NCBI GenBank assembly: GCA_963664705.1
Contig: OY761556.1
Span: 3,680,001 to 3,744,000 of the forward strand
DNA from: Acidobacteriota bacterium
GTDB taxonomy: Bacteria > Acidobacteriota > UBA6911
Direction of reading: 5' to 3'
Length of the DNA: 64,000 nucleotides
The stretch's first letter is position 1. Each line of letters begins with the position of its first letter. The position numbers were made by a program, and so were the translations under genes. The notes beneath the pieces are model-generated. The model searched no databases. It saw nothing but the letters and a program-made list of their open reading frames with translations, and had not been told where the DNA came from. Below, piece after piece: positions 48,643-59,544 of the stretch.

Positions 48643-49218
48643 TTATGGAACAATGATCACATCCCCGCTTTTGAGAACGATATTCTGTTGAAGGTTTCTG
48701 CCATCCGATACTTCCTTGAAGTTGAAGGGAAAGTTGATTGTTTTTCCCCCATCCTTCCGAACAACCAGTATCTTTTTTACTTTGGCTTCTTCCTTGAATC
48801 CGCCTACGCGCGCAAGCAGCTCAAGCACCGTCAAAGGAGATCCCAGATAATAAACTCCAGGCTTGGCAACCTGACCAACAACGGAGACCGATTGGCTAGC
48901 TATCTTTAATACGACGACCGTTACGGTCGGCGAAGCGACAAATTCCTTGAGCTTCTCCGTGATCTTATCCTGCAACTGCCTGGGCGTAAGTCCGTTCGCC
49001 TGGATCTCGCCAACCAGCGGGAGGCTGATCTTTCCATCGGGCCGAACGCCAACCTCTTTTACCGATAGCTCCGCCTCTTTCCAGACGTTCACCGCTAGAA
49101 CATCTTCCAGGCCGATGACAAAATCAGCAGAAATGACAGGCGGCGGTGGGGCTTGATTGGCTAACCCGGGAACCCCAGCAAGTATTGCTGCAAAAAACGT
49201 GAGCAGGAGAATTTTCAT
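48643..49218 (-). CDS. Polysaccharide export protein (Wza/Poly_export + SLBB)
   Basis: IGLEDVLAVNVW, VRPDGKISLPLVGE, GQVAKPG, LKSGDVIIVP. Confidence 0.93.
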   Translation of the reverse strand: MKILLLTFFAAILAGVPGLANQAPPPPVISADFVIGLEDVLAVNVWKEAELSVKEVGVRPDGKISLPLVGEIQANGLTPRQLQDKITEKLKEFVASPTVTVVVLKIASQSVSVVGQVAKPGVYYLGSPLTVLELLARVGGFKEEAKVKKILVVRKDGGKTINFPFNFKEVSDGRNLQQNIVLKSGDVIIVP

Positions 49219-49485
49219 TTTGTATCCCTCATATCAAATGTGTATATCGGCGGAAGGGAGAAAAAGCTTACTGGTGAGAGGATTTATGCTACCGCCCGCA
49301 GCCGCAGTCCGTCAATAAAAATTGATTTTTGACAAATATTTCACGTAGCTTGATTCGATTCAACTGATTGCTACATAATATCAACTCCCTCGCCGATATA
49401 GGAGATGCGCTGCGCGCAGTGCGTCTGCTCCGAATCGCGCAATGCAGCGATAATCTGATAAATACAAAATAGGGTCTCAAATATT

Positions 49486-50541
49486 GTGTCTGATAGCCAA
49501 TTTGTGACTGAGAGGGCGAAGCTGTCATTAGAGGAGTGGCGGCAATGGGACGATTACATCGATGCCCATCCTCAAGGAACCGTGTTTCATCTAAGCCAGT
49601 GGCAGAAGATGATTCAATCCTCATTCAATCACCAGCCGCGTCACCTCCTAATAAGAGAAAAAAACGGCCGCATCCGAGGTATTTTGCCGCTTTTCCTGGT
49701 CTCAAGCCGGCTCTTCGGCAGAATGCTCATTTCAACCCCACAGGCTGCCTACGGAGGCATTCTCGCGGACGATGAGGCAACTTCCGTCAGCCTGCTTATG
49801 GAAGCCCGGCGGGTCGCAGAAGAAGATAGCGTGCGGTTTCTTGAATTGCGCAATTTTCAAAACGACATCAAAAATACCGAGCTGCAGGTCAAAGATCTAT
49901 ATGTAACATTCCGGCAGGAACTCTTCTCTGACCCCGAGAAGAATCTTCTGGCAATACCAAGAAAAACGCGCGCGGAATGCCGGGAAGGGATCAAGAACGA
50001 ACTGGAATTCCGGACCAACGCAATTGGAGTTGACGAATTTTATTCGGTTTACTCGAGAAGCGTCCGCGATCTGGGCACGCCCGTATTCTCTAAACGGCTT
50101 TTCGCAAACGGACTGAAAGAATTCGGGCATAACTGCCGTATCTTTTCCGTGCATTCACAGGGCAAGTTGGTTTCGGCGGTCTGGACTTTGTTTTATAAAG
50201 ATGAAGTGATTCCCTATTATGGGGGGTCCATTCGGGAATATAACCGTCTTGGCGTGAACAACTTCATGTACTGGTCGCTTATAAAATATGGCTGCGAAAA
50301 TGGCTACAAGTTTTTTGACTTCGGCCGCAGCAAGAAGGGCACGGGCTCCTTCGATTTTAAAAAGCGTTGGGGGCAGGTCATGACGGATCTTCCATATCAA
50401 TATGCGCTTGTCCGTCAAAAGACTTTGCCAGACACATCCCCGCTCAACCCCAAGTTCTCGCTGAGCATTCGCATCTGGCGCAAGCTTCCACTTCCCATTG
50501 CCAACACCTTTGGCCCAATCATTGCAAACCATTTAGTGTAA
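49486..50541 (+). CDS. FemAB-related protein, XrtA-system type
   Basis: IPRKTRAE, SVRDLGTPVF, PYYGGS, FDFGRSKKGTG, FKKRWG, NPKF. Confidence 0.88.
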   Translation: MSDSQFVTERAKLSLEEWRQWDDYIDAHPQGTVFHLSQWQKMIQSSFNHQPRHLLIREKNGRIRGILPLFLVSSRLFGRMLISTPQAAYGGILADDEATSVSLLMEARRVAEEDSVRFLELRNFQNDIKNTELQVKDLYVTFRQELFSDPEKNLLAIPRKTRAECREGIKNELEFRTNAIGVDEFYSVYSRSVRDLGTPVFSKRLFANGLKEFGHNCRIFSVHSQGKLVSAVWTLFYKDEVIPYYGGSIREYNRLGVNNFMYWSLIKYGCENGYKFFDFGRSKKGTGSFDFKKRWGQVMTDLPYQYALVRQKTLPDTSPLNPKFSLSIRIWRKLPLPIANTFGPIIANHLV

Positions 50542-50544
50542 TCT

Positions 50545-51720
50545 GTGTCCAAAATCCTTTTCCTCTGCCATCGAGTGCCTTATCCGCCAAACAAAGGAGA
50601 TAAGATACGCTCGTTCAATGAAATCAGGCATTTCAGCAAAAATCACGAGATTCACCTTCTGGCTTTTTGCGACAGCCCGGACGAGCAAAAATATGCCTCG
50701 GAATTAGGTCAATACTGTAAGCACATAGAACTCATTCCTCTCCGCGCCAATTGCCAGAAGTTCAAAGCTATGTTTTCCATGATAAATGGGAAGCCGTGGA
50801 CACTCGGCTATTACGATGATGCCCGCATGCATGCTGCCGTTAAAGAGATGTTGCATCAGGAGCCGATTGACTTGGTATTTGCCTACTCTTCATCCATGGC
50901 ACCTTATGCGTTGCTTGCGGAGAAGGCACCCAAGGTACTGGATTTTGTCGATTCAGATGCGGCAAAGTGGCGACAATATGCCAAATTCAAACCAGCCTAT
51001 TGCCGCTGGCTCTATGGATATGAAGCGGATCGTCTCTCTGTATTTGAAAACGATATGGTGCAGAAATGTGACCGCTCCGTGTTTGTCTCCCCGAGAGAAA
51101 CCAGGCACCTGTCCGATCCATGCAACAAGATCAGCTTTATCCAGAATGGCATAGAGTTGAATGGAACCGTCGCGTCTTCTCCTGATCGGTCCAATCCCAA
51201 GGCGATTTTCGTTGGCGCAATGGATTACTACCCCAATATCGATGCCGTACAGTATTTTGCACTGGAAGTTCTGCCCCAAATCAGGAAGTCCAGAAATATT
51301 GAGTTCTATATCGTTGGAAGCAATCCAGCACCTGCAGTCAAAAAACTGGCTGGACAGCCGGGTGTAGTTGTCACTGGCACGGTCCCGGATGTTGCTCCCT
51401 ATTTGCAGAAAGCCAGCGTCGCCGTTGTTCCAACGCGGATTGCACAGGGGATCCAAAACAAGATTCTTGAAGCGCTTGGATCGGGATTGCCTGTGGTGGC
51501 CAGCCGGGCCGCCGCTGAAGGGCTGCATACACTCAAGGGGATTCCGGTACGGGTGGCGGACCATCCCTCTGATTTTGCCAGGCAGGTTCTTGATTATCTG
51601 GATCATCCCATTTCATCGCAACAGATCGCAGACAGCCTTGATCATCTGAAGCGGCATTATTCGTGGGAAGCCAATCTCTCCGCATTCGATCAAATGTTCT
51701 GTCAACTCAGGCGAGTTTAA
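50545..51720 (+). CDS. GT4 glycosyltransferase (TIGR03087-like)
   Basis: HRVPYPPNKGDKIRS, DSDAAKW, GAMDYYPNIDAV, GIQNKILEA. Confidence 0.92.
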   Translation: MSKILFLCHRVPYPPNKGDKIRSFNEIRHFSKNHEIHLLAFCDSPDEQKYASELGQYCKHIELIPLRANCQKFKAMFSMINGKPWTLGYYDDARMHAAVKEMLHQEPIDLVFAYSSSMAPYALLAEKAPKVLDFVDSDAAKWRQYAKFKPAYCRWLYGYEADRLSVFENDMVQKCDRSVFVSPRETRHLSDPCNKISFIQNGIELNGTVASSPDRSNPKAIFVGAMDYYPNIDAVQYFALEVLPQIRKSRNIEFYIVGSNPAPAVKKLAGQPGVVVTGTVPDVAPYLQKASVAVVPTRIAQGIQNKILEALGSGLPVVASRAAAEGLHTLKGIPVRVADHPSDFARQVLDYLDHPISSQQIADSLDHLKRHYSWEANLSAFDQMFCQLRRV

Positions 51721-51724
51721 CCAT

Positions 51725-52930
51725 TTGCCAATAAAGATTCTGACCTTTTCCACGTTATACCCGGATTCCAGTAGACCCACACACGGAATCTTTGTAGAAA
51801 ACCGGTTGCGACAACTTCTTTCTGGAAGCAAAACGGAGGCTCGTGTCCTGGCGCCGGTTCCATGGTTCCCTACAGCTGGAAAACGGTTTGGCAATTATGG
51901 CAGCTTCGCCAAGGTGCCACGGCGTGAAGTCCGACATGGCATCGATATCGCACATCCAAGATACCCACTCGTTCCGAAAATAGGAATGACTCTGGCACCC
52001 TGGCTAATGGCTGTTGCGGTAAGAAGTCGCTTCCAAAAGATCGTTGAAGATGGCTACGATTTTGACCTTATCGATGCCCACTATTTCTATCCCGACGGTG
52101 TGGCAGCGGCCATCCTTGCCAGGACAATTGGAAAGCCCCTTGTGATTACGGCTAGGGGGACTGACATCAACCTGATACCAAAATATTTCTTTGCCCGTCA
52201 GATGATCCGGTGGGCCGCCACCAGCGCAGCGGCTGTCATCGCCGTGAGTACCTCGCTAAAGGAGACTCTCGCTGCGCTTGGAATATCGCGGGACAAGATA
52301 ACGGTATTGCGGAACGGAGTCGACCTCAGCCAATTCAAACCACCTCAGAACAGAGAGGAGTTGCGCAAGAAACTTGGCTTGGTCGGCAAAACACTGCTGT
52401 CCGTTGGAAATCTGGTGCCATTAAAGCGACAGGACAATATCATTGGAGCGTTAAGATCGCTTCCGGATACAACCCTGATGATTGCAGGGGCAGGTCCTGA
52501 GCGCAAAAAACTGGAATTGATGGCGGAACAGCAAAAGGTATCCCATCGCGTCCGCTTCCTGGGAACGATAGAGCATGAGCGTCTTCAGGAATTTTATGGA
52601 GCGGCCGATGCCTTTGTGCTGGCCTCCAGCCGTGAAGGCTGGCCGAATGTATTGCTTGAATCCCTCGCCTGCGGGACTCCCGTCATTTGTACAAAGGTTG
52701 GATGCACTCCGGAATTAATAGCAGCTCCCGAGGCAGGGTTGTTGCTGGAAGATTCCGCTCCTGAGACCATTGCACGGACATTTGAAGAGCTCTTGCTTCG
52801 CCGGTCGAATCGCGATGCAACGCGAAGATATGCAGAACAATACGGTTGGGGCGAAACCACTCTCGGCCAGATGCGGGTATTTGAAAAGGTACTGACTGGG
52901 AGCGCCGGCGGGACGGCAGCAAGAGCGTAG
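51725..52930 (+). CDS. GT4 glycosyltransferase (TuaC-like)
   Basis: HGIFVENRL, DAHYFYPDG, SREGWPNVLLESLACG. Confidence 0.9.
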   Translation: MPIKILTFSTLYPDSSRPTHGIFVENRLRQLLSGSKTEARVLAPVPWFPTAGKRFGNYGSFAKVPRREVRHGIDIAHPRYPLVPKIGMTLAPWLMAVAVRSRFQKIVEDGYDFDLIDAHYFYPDGVAAAILARTIGKPLVITARGTDINLIPKYFFARQMIRWAATSAAAVIAVSTSLKETLAALGISRDKITVLRNGVDLSQFKPPQNREELRKKLGLVGKTLLSVGNLVPLKRQDNIIGALRSLPDTTLMIAGAGPERKKLELMAEQQKVSHRVRFLGTIEHERLQEFYGAADAFVLASSREGWPNVLLESLACGTPVICTKVGCTPELIAAPEAGLLLEDSAPETIARTFEELLLRRSNRDATRRYAEQYGWGETTLGQMRVFEKVLTGSAGGTAARA

Positions 52931-53010
52931 CCTCCGCCATGGTGCTGATGCTGCCGGGACGTCTAATGCTGCACATTATTTGCCCAAGGAATTTGGGATG
53001 CGATACATAT

Positions 53011-53134
53011 CAGCCCCGAGGGGCGGCAGAATGCCCGATCTTTCGCCCCTACAGGGCTCTTTCTCGCGCTTATCTCTACCGGGGGTTCGCTTCGCTTCAC
53101 CCCCGGCTACTTGCTTTCGGCCCTCCAGGCCTGG
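53011..53134. repeat. REP-like palindromic intergenic element
   Basis: AGCCCCGAGGGGC, GCCCCTACAGGGC, CCGGGGG-TTCGCTTCGCTTCA-CCCCCGG hairpins. Confidence 0.6.
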
Positions 53135-53212
53135 ACGGTATTAGCTGTGACGGCAGCGCCCCTGGTTTACTGGCAACCAATATCTCCCATCCTTGATTGA
53201 AGGTAGCTACTC

Positions 53213-55108
53213 TTGATTCATCTAAGCGCATTTGTCCCTAATCCATCAAATCAACCAATTCCCGACCACCGCATCCAACAATGGAAACAGAATTGTGTCT
53301 CCGCAAGCCATGACAATCGCTGGATAAAAGCCGGGGACCGCTATTTCCTGCTGATTCAGGGAGACTGCAGTCTGGAGCATTTTGTTTACAGCTCTGATGC
53401 AGTCGATTTGATCTGCTACACAGATCTCCTCGGCTCCGGGTCCGGCGAGGATTTTGCCGAAGCAAATCAAAATCCAGCATCATATCTGGCGCATCGATAC
53501 GAAAAAATGGGCGAAGCGTTTGCCAGGGAGCTTCGAGGATGGTTCGGCGTTATTCTGTATGACCACAAGGAAAAGCGGCTGAAGGCCTGGACAGATCACT
53601 TCGGTGTGCGCAGGCTGGTATACCAAAAAACATCTCAGGGATTCGGCATGGCATCGGATTTGCGGCTTCTGAATGCCTTCTTTGATCGTAAGCCTGAAGT
53701 GGAGCCGGCATCCATTCTTGAATACCTCCAATATACCTGCATCCCGGCTCCACACACCATATACAAAGGGATTTCGCGGCTGGAGCCTGGTCATTGGATA
53801 ACCTCTGATCCAGATTCGATTTCGCAGCCCTTCTGGGGCTTGAATTACCAGGAAACCAAAGGGCGGAATCAGCAAGCCTGGGAGGAGAGCACATACCAGG
53901 CCATCGAATCGGCCGTGGCCCGATCGTCAAAGGTCATGGACAACTCGCAGCACATCGGCTGTTTTCTCAGTGGAGGAACCGACAGCAGTTCGGTAAGCGG
54001 ACTGGTGGGGAAAATCACGCAGGCATCTCCCACAACCATATCCATTGGATTTGAAGATCCGCGATATAACGAAATCGAATACGCCCGGATTGCGGCAAAA
54101 CATTTTAAAACGGATCACCACGAATATTTTGTAAAGCCGGCCGATATCCTGAGTCTTCTGACTCGTATCTACGATGTCTACGATGAGCCATTCGGCAATT
54201 CATCTATCGTTCCAGCCTTCTTCTGCTCAAAAACAGGCCTGGAAAATGGCGTCACCCACATGCTCGCCGGTGATGGCGGAGATGAGCTGTTTGGCGGCAA
54301 TCAAAGATACGGAAGTGACAGGCTGTTCCAGCGCTATCACTGGATTCCCAGGTTTATCCGCAAAGGAGCGCTGGAGCCTCTGGTCGCAGGATCTTCCCGC
54401 CTGCTGAAGATCGACAAACTGGATCTCATTCAGCGCTATATCCGCAGGGCCAATATCCCTTTGCCTGATCGCTACTTCTCTTACGACTTCATTTCGTCAG
54501 TCAATCGAGCGGAGCTGTTCTCGAATTCCCTTTTATGCGATCTCAAAGACATTGATCCCCTGGCTGTCGCCAGAAAGCACTTCCGGAATGCAGTAGCCAC
54601 CGAAGATCTGAACCGCTGGCTTCAGCTTGACTTGAAAATAACGATTACGGATAACGACATACGTAAAGTAACAGTAATGGCCGAACTGGCGGGAACCGTT
54701 CCCAGGTATCCGCTCCTGGATCCGGGGCTGGCGGAATTTGCAGCCACCATTCCATCCGCACTGAAAGTAAAGGGGATGCAGCTGCGGTACCTGTTCAAAC
54801 AGGCCATGAGCAGGATTTTGCCCCGGGAGATTCTGACCAAGACAAAACATGGATTTGGGCTGCCCTTCAGTACCTGGTTGCTTGAAGATCCGAATCTGCA
54901 TACCTTTGTTTTCGATATTCTCGGTTCAGGTGCCGCCCGCCAGCGCGGCTATCTCCGCCCCGACATGCTTGAATGGCTGTGGACGCGCTATCAGACAGAA
55001 AGCAAGGTCTATTATGGCGATGTGCTCTGGACCTTTCTGATGCTTGAATTGTGGCACCGTTCCCTTGACAGGCAAATGAGTGACTTCAACACCATGGGAT
55101 CCAATTGA
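53213..55108 (+). CDS. Asparagine synthetase-like amide ligase with degenerate glutaminase domain
   Basis: LSGGTDSS, EPFGNSS, GDGGDELFGG, KHGFGLP; no N-terminal MCG nucleophile. Confidence 0.88.
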   Translation: MIHLSAFVPNPSNQPIPDHRIQQWKQNCVSASHDNRWIKAGDRYFLLIQGDCSLEHFVYSSDAVDLICYTDLLGSGSGEDFAEANQNPASYLAHRYEKMGEAFARELRGWFGVILYDHKEKRLKAWTDHFGVRRLVYQKTSQGFGMASDLRLLNAFFDRKPEVEPASILEYLQYTCIPAPHTIYKGISRLEPGHWITSDPDSISQPFWGLNYQETKGRNQQAWEESTYQAIESAVARSSKVMDNSQHIGCFLSGGTDSSSVSGLVGKITQASPTTISIGFEDPRYNEIEYARIAAKHFKTDHHEYFVKPADILSLLTRIYDVYDEPFGNSSIVPAFFCSKTGLENGVTHMLAGDGGDELFGGNQRYGSDRLFQRYHWIPRFIRKGALEPLVAGSSRLLKIDKLDLIQRYIRRANIPLPDRYFSYDFISSVNRAELFSNSLLCDLKDIDPLAVARKHFRNAVATEDLNRWLQLDLKITITDNDIRKVTVMAELAGTVPRYPLLDPGLAEFAATIPSALKVKGMQLRYLFKQAMSRILPREILTKTKHGFGLPFSTWLLEDPNLHTFVFDILGSGAARQRGYLRPDMLEWLWTRYQTESKVYYGDVLWTFLMLELWHRSLDRQMSDFNTMGSN

Positions 55109-56040
55109 AGCGATCTGTTGCAGGCCTTTTCACAAAACTTCGTCTCGACGATATTCTGAATCCTGTTCTCGAGTACCCGAAAAACCGACATCGGTACCAG
55201 GTGCTTGTGTATCACAAAGTTTCGCCCGATCCCCATCCATTTTTCCAACCAACTCCCCCGGGAGAATTTGAACGTCAGGTTCTGTTCCTGAAGGAACATT
55301 ATCGAGTTATGGATCTGGAAGAACTGGTGGACCGGAGCGCCCGGGGCAGCATTCCGAGGAATGCCGTTGCCATTACTTTCGATGACGGCTATCGCGACAA
55401 TTATGATTTCGCGTTCCCTATCCTCAGAAAACACGGGATTCCGGCAACAATATTTCTGACAACCTCCGCCCTCGATAACCAGCAGAAGCTCTGGCATGAT
55501 CATGTTTTTGACAGCTTCCGTTTTGCAACGAAGCGAGATCCCTCTCTTACTCTGGAGGATGTCATTCGGCGCGCAAAAGGGATGAGGGCCCAGGAGCGAT
55601 CCGGCTATGTCATGAAAGTGACGGACATGCTGGCACCGGAAATTCCTGAGCCGTTCAAAGCTCCTATGCTCTCCTGGAATCAGGTAATCGAGATGAAGAA
55701 GTCGGGGATAGCCTTTGGTTCCCATACTTGCACGCACCCCATCCTCGCAAGGGAAAAACAGACCGATGTCATCAGAGAGCTGGTTGAATCCAGATCGGAA
55801 ATTCGAGAACGCACTGGCAATGATGCATTGCTCCTGGCATACCCCAACGGCCTGAAAAACGATTTTTCGGATGAGGTGGTCGAAGCGGCCCGCAAAACGG
55901 GCTATAAATGCGCGTTCACTATGATCACGGGACCTAACAGCACTGGCACTCATCCATACAAGCTGAAACGAGGACAACCCTGGCAAACCGATCCGAGTAT
56001 TTTTCGTTTTGTATTTTTCCTGCAAAGACATTTCGGGTAA
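55105..56040 (+). CDS. Polysaccharide deacetylase (NodB homology)
   Basis: LVYHKV, ITFDDGYRDN, GSHTCTHP, AYPNG. Confidence 0.9.
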   Translation: MKRSVAGLFTKLRLDDILNPVLEYPKNRHRYQVLVYHKVSPDPHPFFQPTPPGEFERQVLFLKEHYRVMDLEELVDRSARGSIPRNAVAITFDDGYRDNYDFAFPILRKHGIPATIFLTTSALDNQQKLWHDHVFDSFRFATKRDPSLTLEDVIRRAKGMRAQERSGYVMKVTDMLAPEIPEPFKAPMLSWNQVIEMKKSGIAFGSHTCTHPILAREKQTDVIRELVESRSEIRERTGNDALLLAYPNGLKNDFSDEVVEAARKTGYKCAFTMITGPNSTGTHPYKLKRGQPWQTDPSIFRFVFFLQRHFG

Positions 56041-56046
56041 ACACCG

Positions 56047-57174
56047 GTGGCCTCAGATAGAATTCGGATTCTTCATATTCTTCACGCCTTTTCGGCCGGC
56101 GGGCTCGAAAATGGAATTGTAAACATCATTAATCATTCACCGGATCATCTTGAGCATGAATTATGCTTGCTCACCAGGGGCGGCGAATTTCTGAAGCGGC
56201 TTGCCCGCCCGATCCCAGTTCATGAATTGCACAAGCGGGAAGGTAATGATCTGAGAGCGCTGGGAAGGCTTTGCCAATTACTGCATCATAAGAATTTCGA
56301 TATAGTCCATACCAGAAACTGGGCAGCATTTGACGGCGTGCTTGCAGCCATAACGACGCCATCCGTAACGCTGATTCACGGCGAACATGGTCGGGACATC
56401 CAGGACCCCCAGGGATTAAACAAGCGCCGAAATTTCCTGCGCAGACTGGCGGGGCATCGAATCCATCGCTTTGTGGCAGTATCCTCAAACCTTTATGAAT
56501 GGCTCTGGAAAACAGTTCAAATCCCCAGGAAAAAGATAACGCTGATTCACAATGGCGTGGATACGGCAAAATTCCGACGAACTTCATCCTTAAGCTTGCG
56601 CAAGGAATTTGCAATCCAGGACAGTGAGTTTGTGGTGGGAACAGTGGCTCGCCTGGATCCTGTTAAGGACCATGAGGGCATGATAGAGGCAGTCCGGCTG
56701 CTCAATCAGTCCGGAAATAACATACGCCTCATTATCGTTGGGGAAGGCCCCAATCGCAGCTCACTGGAAAAACTCATCCGCGGGTGGCAAGACGGCCCCA
56801 CGCCCATTCTAACGGGGTATAGGGAAGATACTTTGGACTTCTACGGGCTGTTCGATGTATTTCTCCTGACTTCCTATGCGGAAGGGATGTCCAATACGCT
56901 TCTCGAGGCAATGTCCTGTATGCTCCCTGTGATCTGCACTCCCGTTGGAGCGAATGTCGAAGTCGTCGAGCACAATGTGACGGGAATGATCGTCCCCGTC
57001 GCGGCATCGGCAGAACTTGCAGCAAGTATTTCATCGTATAAAGGATCGGAAGGAATGCGGGCTTCTCATGCGGAAAACGCACGTAATTTCATCGAGAAGA
57101 ATTTTTCGCTCAACAAAATGGTAAACACTTACCTAAATCTCTATCAATCCGGGGGATCATGCGCGACTTTTTGA
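56047..57174 (+). CDS. GT4 glycosyltransferase (TIGR03088-like)
   Basis: GGLENGIVN, HTRN, HGEHGRD, RLDPVKDH, EGMSNTLLEAM. Confidence 0.92.
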   Translation: MASDRIRILHILHAFSAGGLENGIVNIINHSPDHLEHELCLLTRGGEFLKRLARPIPVHELHKREGNDLRALGRLCQLLHHKNFDIVHTRNWAAFDGVLAAITTPSVTLIHGEHGRDIQDPQGLNKRRNFLRRLAGHRIHRFVAVSSNLYEWLWKTVQIPRKKITLIHNGVDTAKFRRTSSLSLRKEFAIQDSEFVVGTVARLDPVKDHEGMIEAVRLLNQSGNNIRLIIVGEGPNRSSLEKLIRGWQDGPTPILTGYREDTLDFYGLFDVFLLTSYAEGMSNTLLEAMSCMLPVICTPVGANVEVVEHNVTGMIVPVAASAELAASISSYKGSEGMRASHAENARNFIEKNFSLNKMVNTYLNLYQSGGSCATF

Positions 57175-58457
57175 TCATTGCCATTGTATTCCTGAGCCTT
57201 CCGGTAGGTGTATTTCAGCCCTTTTATGGAATACTGGTTTATGCCTGGATCAGCTACATGTATCCGCACATGCTGGCATGGTCTTACGCGCAGACCGCTC
57301 CCATCGCCAAGCTCGCAGCCTTATCCGTCCTGGCAGGCATAATAATCAGACGAAACGGCAGCCTTGCGGCCCTGAAAGAGAGAGAGATGAAATGCATGCT
57401 GATTCTGTTTCTCTTCTTCACTCTCTCCAGCTTTTTTGCCTTCTACCCTGACGCAGCTTGGGGAAAGTGGCAGGATATGGCCAAGGTAATATTGATGTCC
57501 TTCGTCATATCCGCATTTCTGACAGACCGCAGAAAACTCAAAATTTTTCTAATTGTTGTGGCCTTGTCGCTCGGCTTTTATGGGTTTAAAGGAGGGATCT
57601 TCAGTCTCGCAACACAGGGGCAGTTCATGGTTTGGGGTCCCGGAAATTCAATCATCGGCGCCAACAATAATCTTGGCCTCGCTTTGTGCATGGTGTTGCC
57701 CATGTTCTGGTACCTCGCCAAAGCCGAAACGCGTCAATGGCTGAAACGTGGATTGCAGGTATGTGCTCTTCTGACCATTCCCGCGATTATGTTTACCTAT
57801 TCAAGAGGGAGCTTTGTGGGACTGGCCGTTGTGCTCGCTTTGATTATCATCAAGAGCAAGCATCGCATACTTTCAGCGGCTTTAGCTGTTTTGTTATCCC
57901 TGGCAGTGATTGGATATCTCCCGCAGCGCTGGACCGAACGGACCGGCACCACCATCGATTATGAAGCCGACAGCTCAGCAATGTCGCGCCTGGACAACTG
58001 GAAATTCTGCTGGAAACTTGTTCTGGACCGTCCGCTGGTAGGGGGAGGATTCAATTTCTTTACAACGGAAACCCTCAGTCGCTATGACCCGGAATTTGTT
58101 CGAAAATACGGTAAGGCATGGGATACCCATAATATCTATTTCGGCATATTGGCCGGCCACGGTTTCCCGGCATTTGGTGGTTTTATCGCCATGATCGTTC
58201 TGACATTTCTAAGTTGCTGTAAACTTAAACGGGAGAGCAAAGGAAACCCTCAACTTGTATGGATAGCTCAATATTCAGACATGATCCAGATTGCACTTAT
58301 GGGCTGGGCGGTCAACGGTATGTTTGTAAACATGGAGTACTTTGAACTTCCCTATCACCTGATCGCCGTCACCGCAGCGCTAAAGGTCATGCTTCGTCAG
58401 GAGATAGCCGGCACTGTCATCGATGCAGAGCATCCGATCCAGCATGCCGCGGCATAG
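57159..58457 (+). CDS. O-antigen ligase-like O-glycosylation ligase, exosortase A-associated type
   Basis: MRD start, YMYPH, GFKGG, NNNLG, TYSRG, SAMSRL, HNIYF. Confidence 0.88.
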   Translation: MRDFLIIAIVFLSLPVGVFQPFYGILVYAWISYMYPHMLAWSYAQTAPIAKLAALSVLAGIIIRRNGSLAALKEREMKCMLILFLFFTLSSFFAFYPDAAWGKWQDMAKVILMSFVISAFLTDRRKLKIFLIVVALSLGFYGFKGGIFSLATQGQFMVWGPGNSIIGANNNLGLALCMVLPMFWYLAKAETRQWLKRGLQVCALLTIPAIMFTYSRGSFVGLAVVLALIIIKSKHRILSAALAVLLSLAVIGYLPQRWTERTGTTIDYEADSSAMSRLDNWKFCWKLVLDRPLVGGGFNFFTTETLSRYDPEFVRKYGKAWDTHNIYFGILAGHGFPAFGGFIAMIVLTFLSCCKLKRESKGNPQLVWIAQYSDMIQIALMGWAVNGMFVNMEYFELPYHLIAVTAALKVMLRQEIAGTVIDAEHPIQHAAA

Positions 58458-58460
58458 AGT

Positions 58461-59504
58461 ATGGCAATAATCATTCGGGAAGCGGACCTGCAATCCGATC
58501 GCAGTCTCATTGTTCGCTTCCTGCACGACAACCTGACCGAAAATTCCAACGACGATCGCTACAACTGGCTGTATCTTCAAAATCCAGCCGGCGCGGCAAA
58601 AATATGGATTGCCTGGGATACTGTGCTGGACAAACCGGCGGGAATATCGGCCGCCATCCCAAGAACTTTGAGCATCAAAGGACAGAAACGCCCATGCTGG
58701 ATCCTGGCTGATTTCTGCATGGATCGATCCTATCGAAGTCTCGGACCGGCCCTCAAACTTCAGCGAGAGTCTCTTGAAGCCGCGGACAAATCCCGGATCT
58801 GTTGTTGCATTGATTTTCCCAGCCAAACCATGGCTGCCATATATGCCCGTCTTGGCATCCCGGTGTTTGGTGATTTGGGCCGTTTTGCAAAACCGCTCAA
58901 TGTAAGCAATCGAATAAACAGGTTGATTCCGGTTTCTGCGCTCTCCGCCCCCATCGGTTGGATCGGAAATGTTGTCCTTAGGCTTTCAGACCTCAGATTA
59001 CGATCATCATCGAAAATAGTCCTGGAGAAAAGTGAAGGCGTCATAGGTGGGGAATTCTCCGACCTCGCATCCATGGCATTGAAGCCCTTCGATGTCTTCA
59101 CCGACCGCCCGCCGGAATATTTGAATTGGCGCTATCGGGAAGTTCCTTTGCAGCAAAATACCGTTCTCGCGTTCAGACGGGCAGGCAGATTGGTGGCCTA
59201 TGCCATTGTTAGCTTCACATCTGATGAAGCCGCCATTCACGAGGTATTTTCTCTCCCGGAAACAGATCTCTGCTCTGATATAGTCATCAAGCTTTGGGAA
59301 TATCTGCGGAATGCTGGAATGCAGTCTGCCTCTTTCTGGCAATCCACAAATAAGAACGCTTCCCTGCTTGGTTTTAAGTCCGGGTGTTACCTGCGCAACA
59401 CTTCACCCATCGTTGTTTACCAGAGCAAGCTGGCAGCCGATTCCGGGGAATCGAAACTTATCGACTTGAGTTTCCTTCTTGTGAACGGGGATCGTGACAG
59501 TTGA
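58461..59504 (+). CDS. GNAT-fold protein
   Basis: WLYLQNPAG, DFCMDRSYRSLG, YLNWRY. Confidence 0.75.
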   Translation: MAIIIREADLQSDRSLIVRFLHDNLTENSNDDRYNWLYLQNPAGAAKIWIAWDTVLDKPAGISAAIPRTLSIKGQKRPCWILADFCMDRSYRSLGPALKLQRESLEAADKSRICCCIDFPSQTMAAIYARLGIPVFGDLGRFAKPLNVSNRINRLIPVSALSAPIGWIGNVVLRLSDLRLRSSSKIVLEKSEGVIGGEFSDLASMALKPFDVFTDRPPEYLNWRYREVPLQQNTVLAFRRAGRLVAYAIVSFTSDEAAIHEVFSLPETDLCSDIVIKLWEYLRNAGMQSASFWQSTNKNASLLGFKSGCYLRNTSPIVVYQSKLAADSGESKLIDLSFLLVNGDRDS

Positions 59505-59544
59505 TGTATTCCGAACTTTTTCACTCTTTTGAGATAGATACGAA

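Noticed and set aside
52939-53196. 85-aa ORF between GT4 and AsnB-like genes
   Set aside because: Spans a palindromic repeat; translation has no protein-like features
41246-55108. Lasso peptide cluster (RRE + kinase + NTase + AsnB-like protein)
   Set aside because: No transglutaminase-like leader peptidase in the window, the peptide lacks the Thr(-2)/Gly1 lasso layout, and the AsnB-like gene is 10 kb away in a different operon
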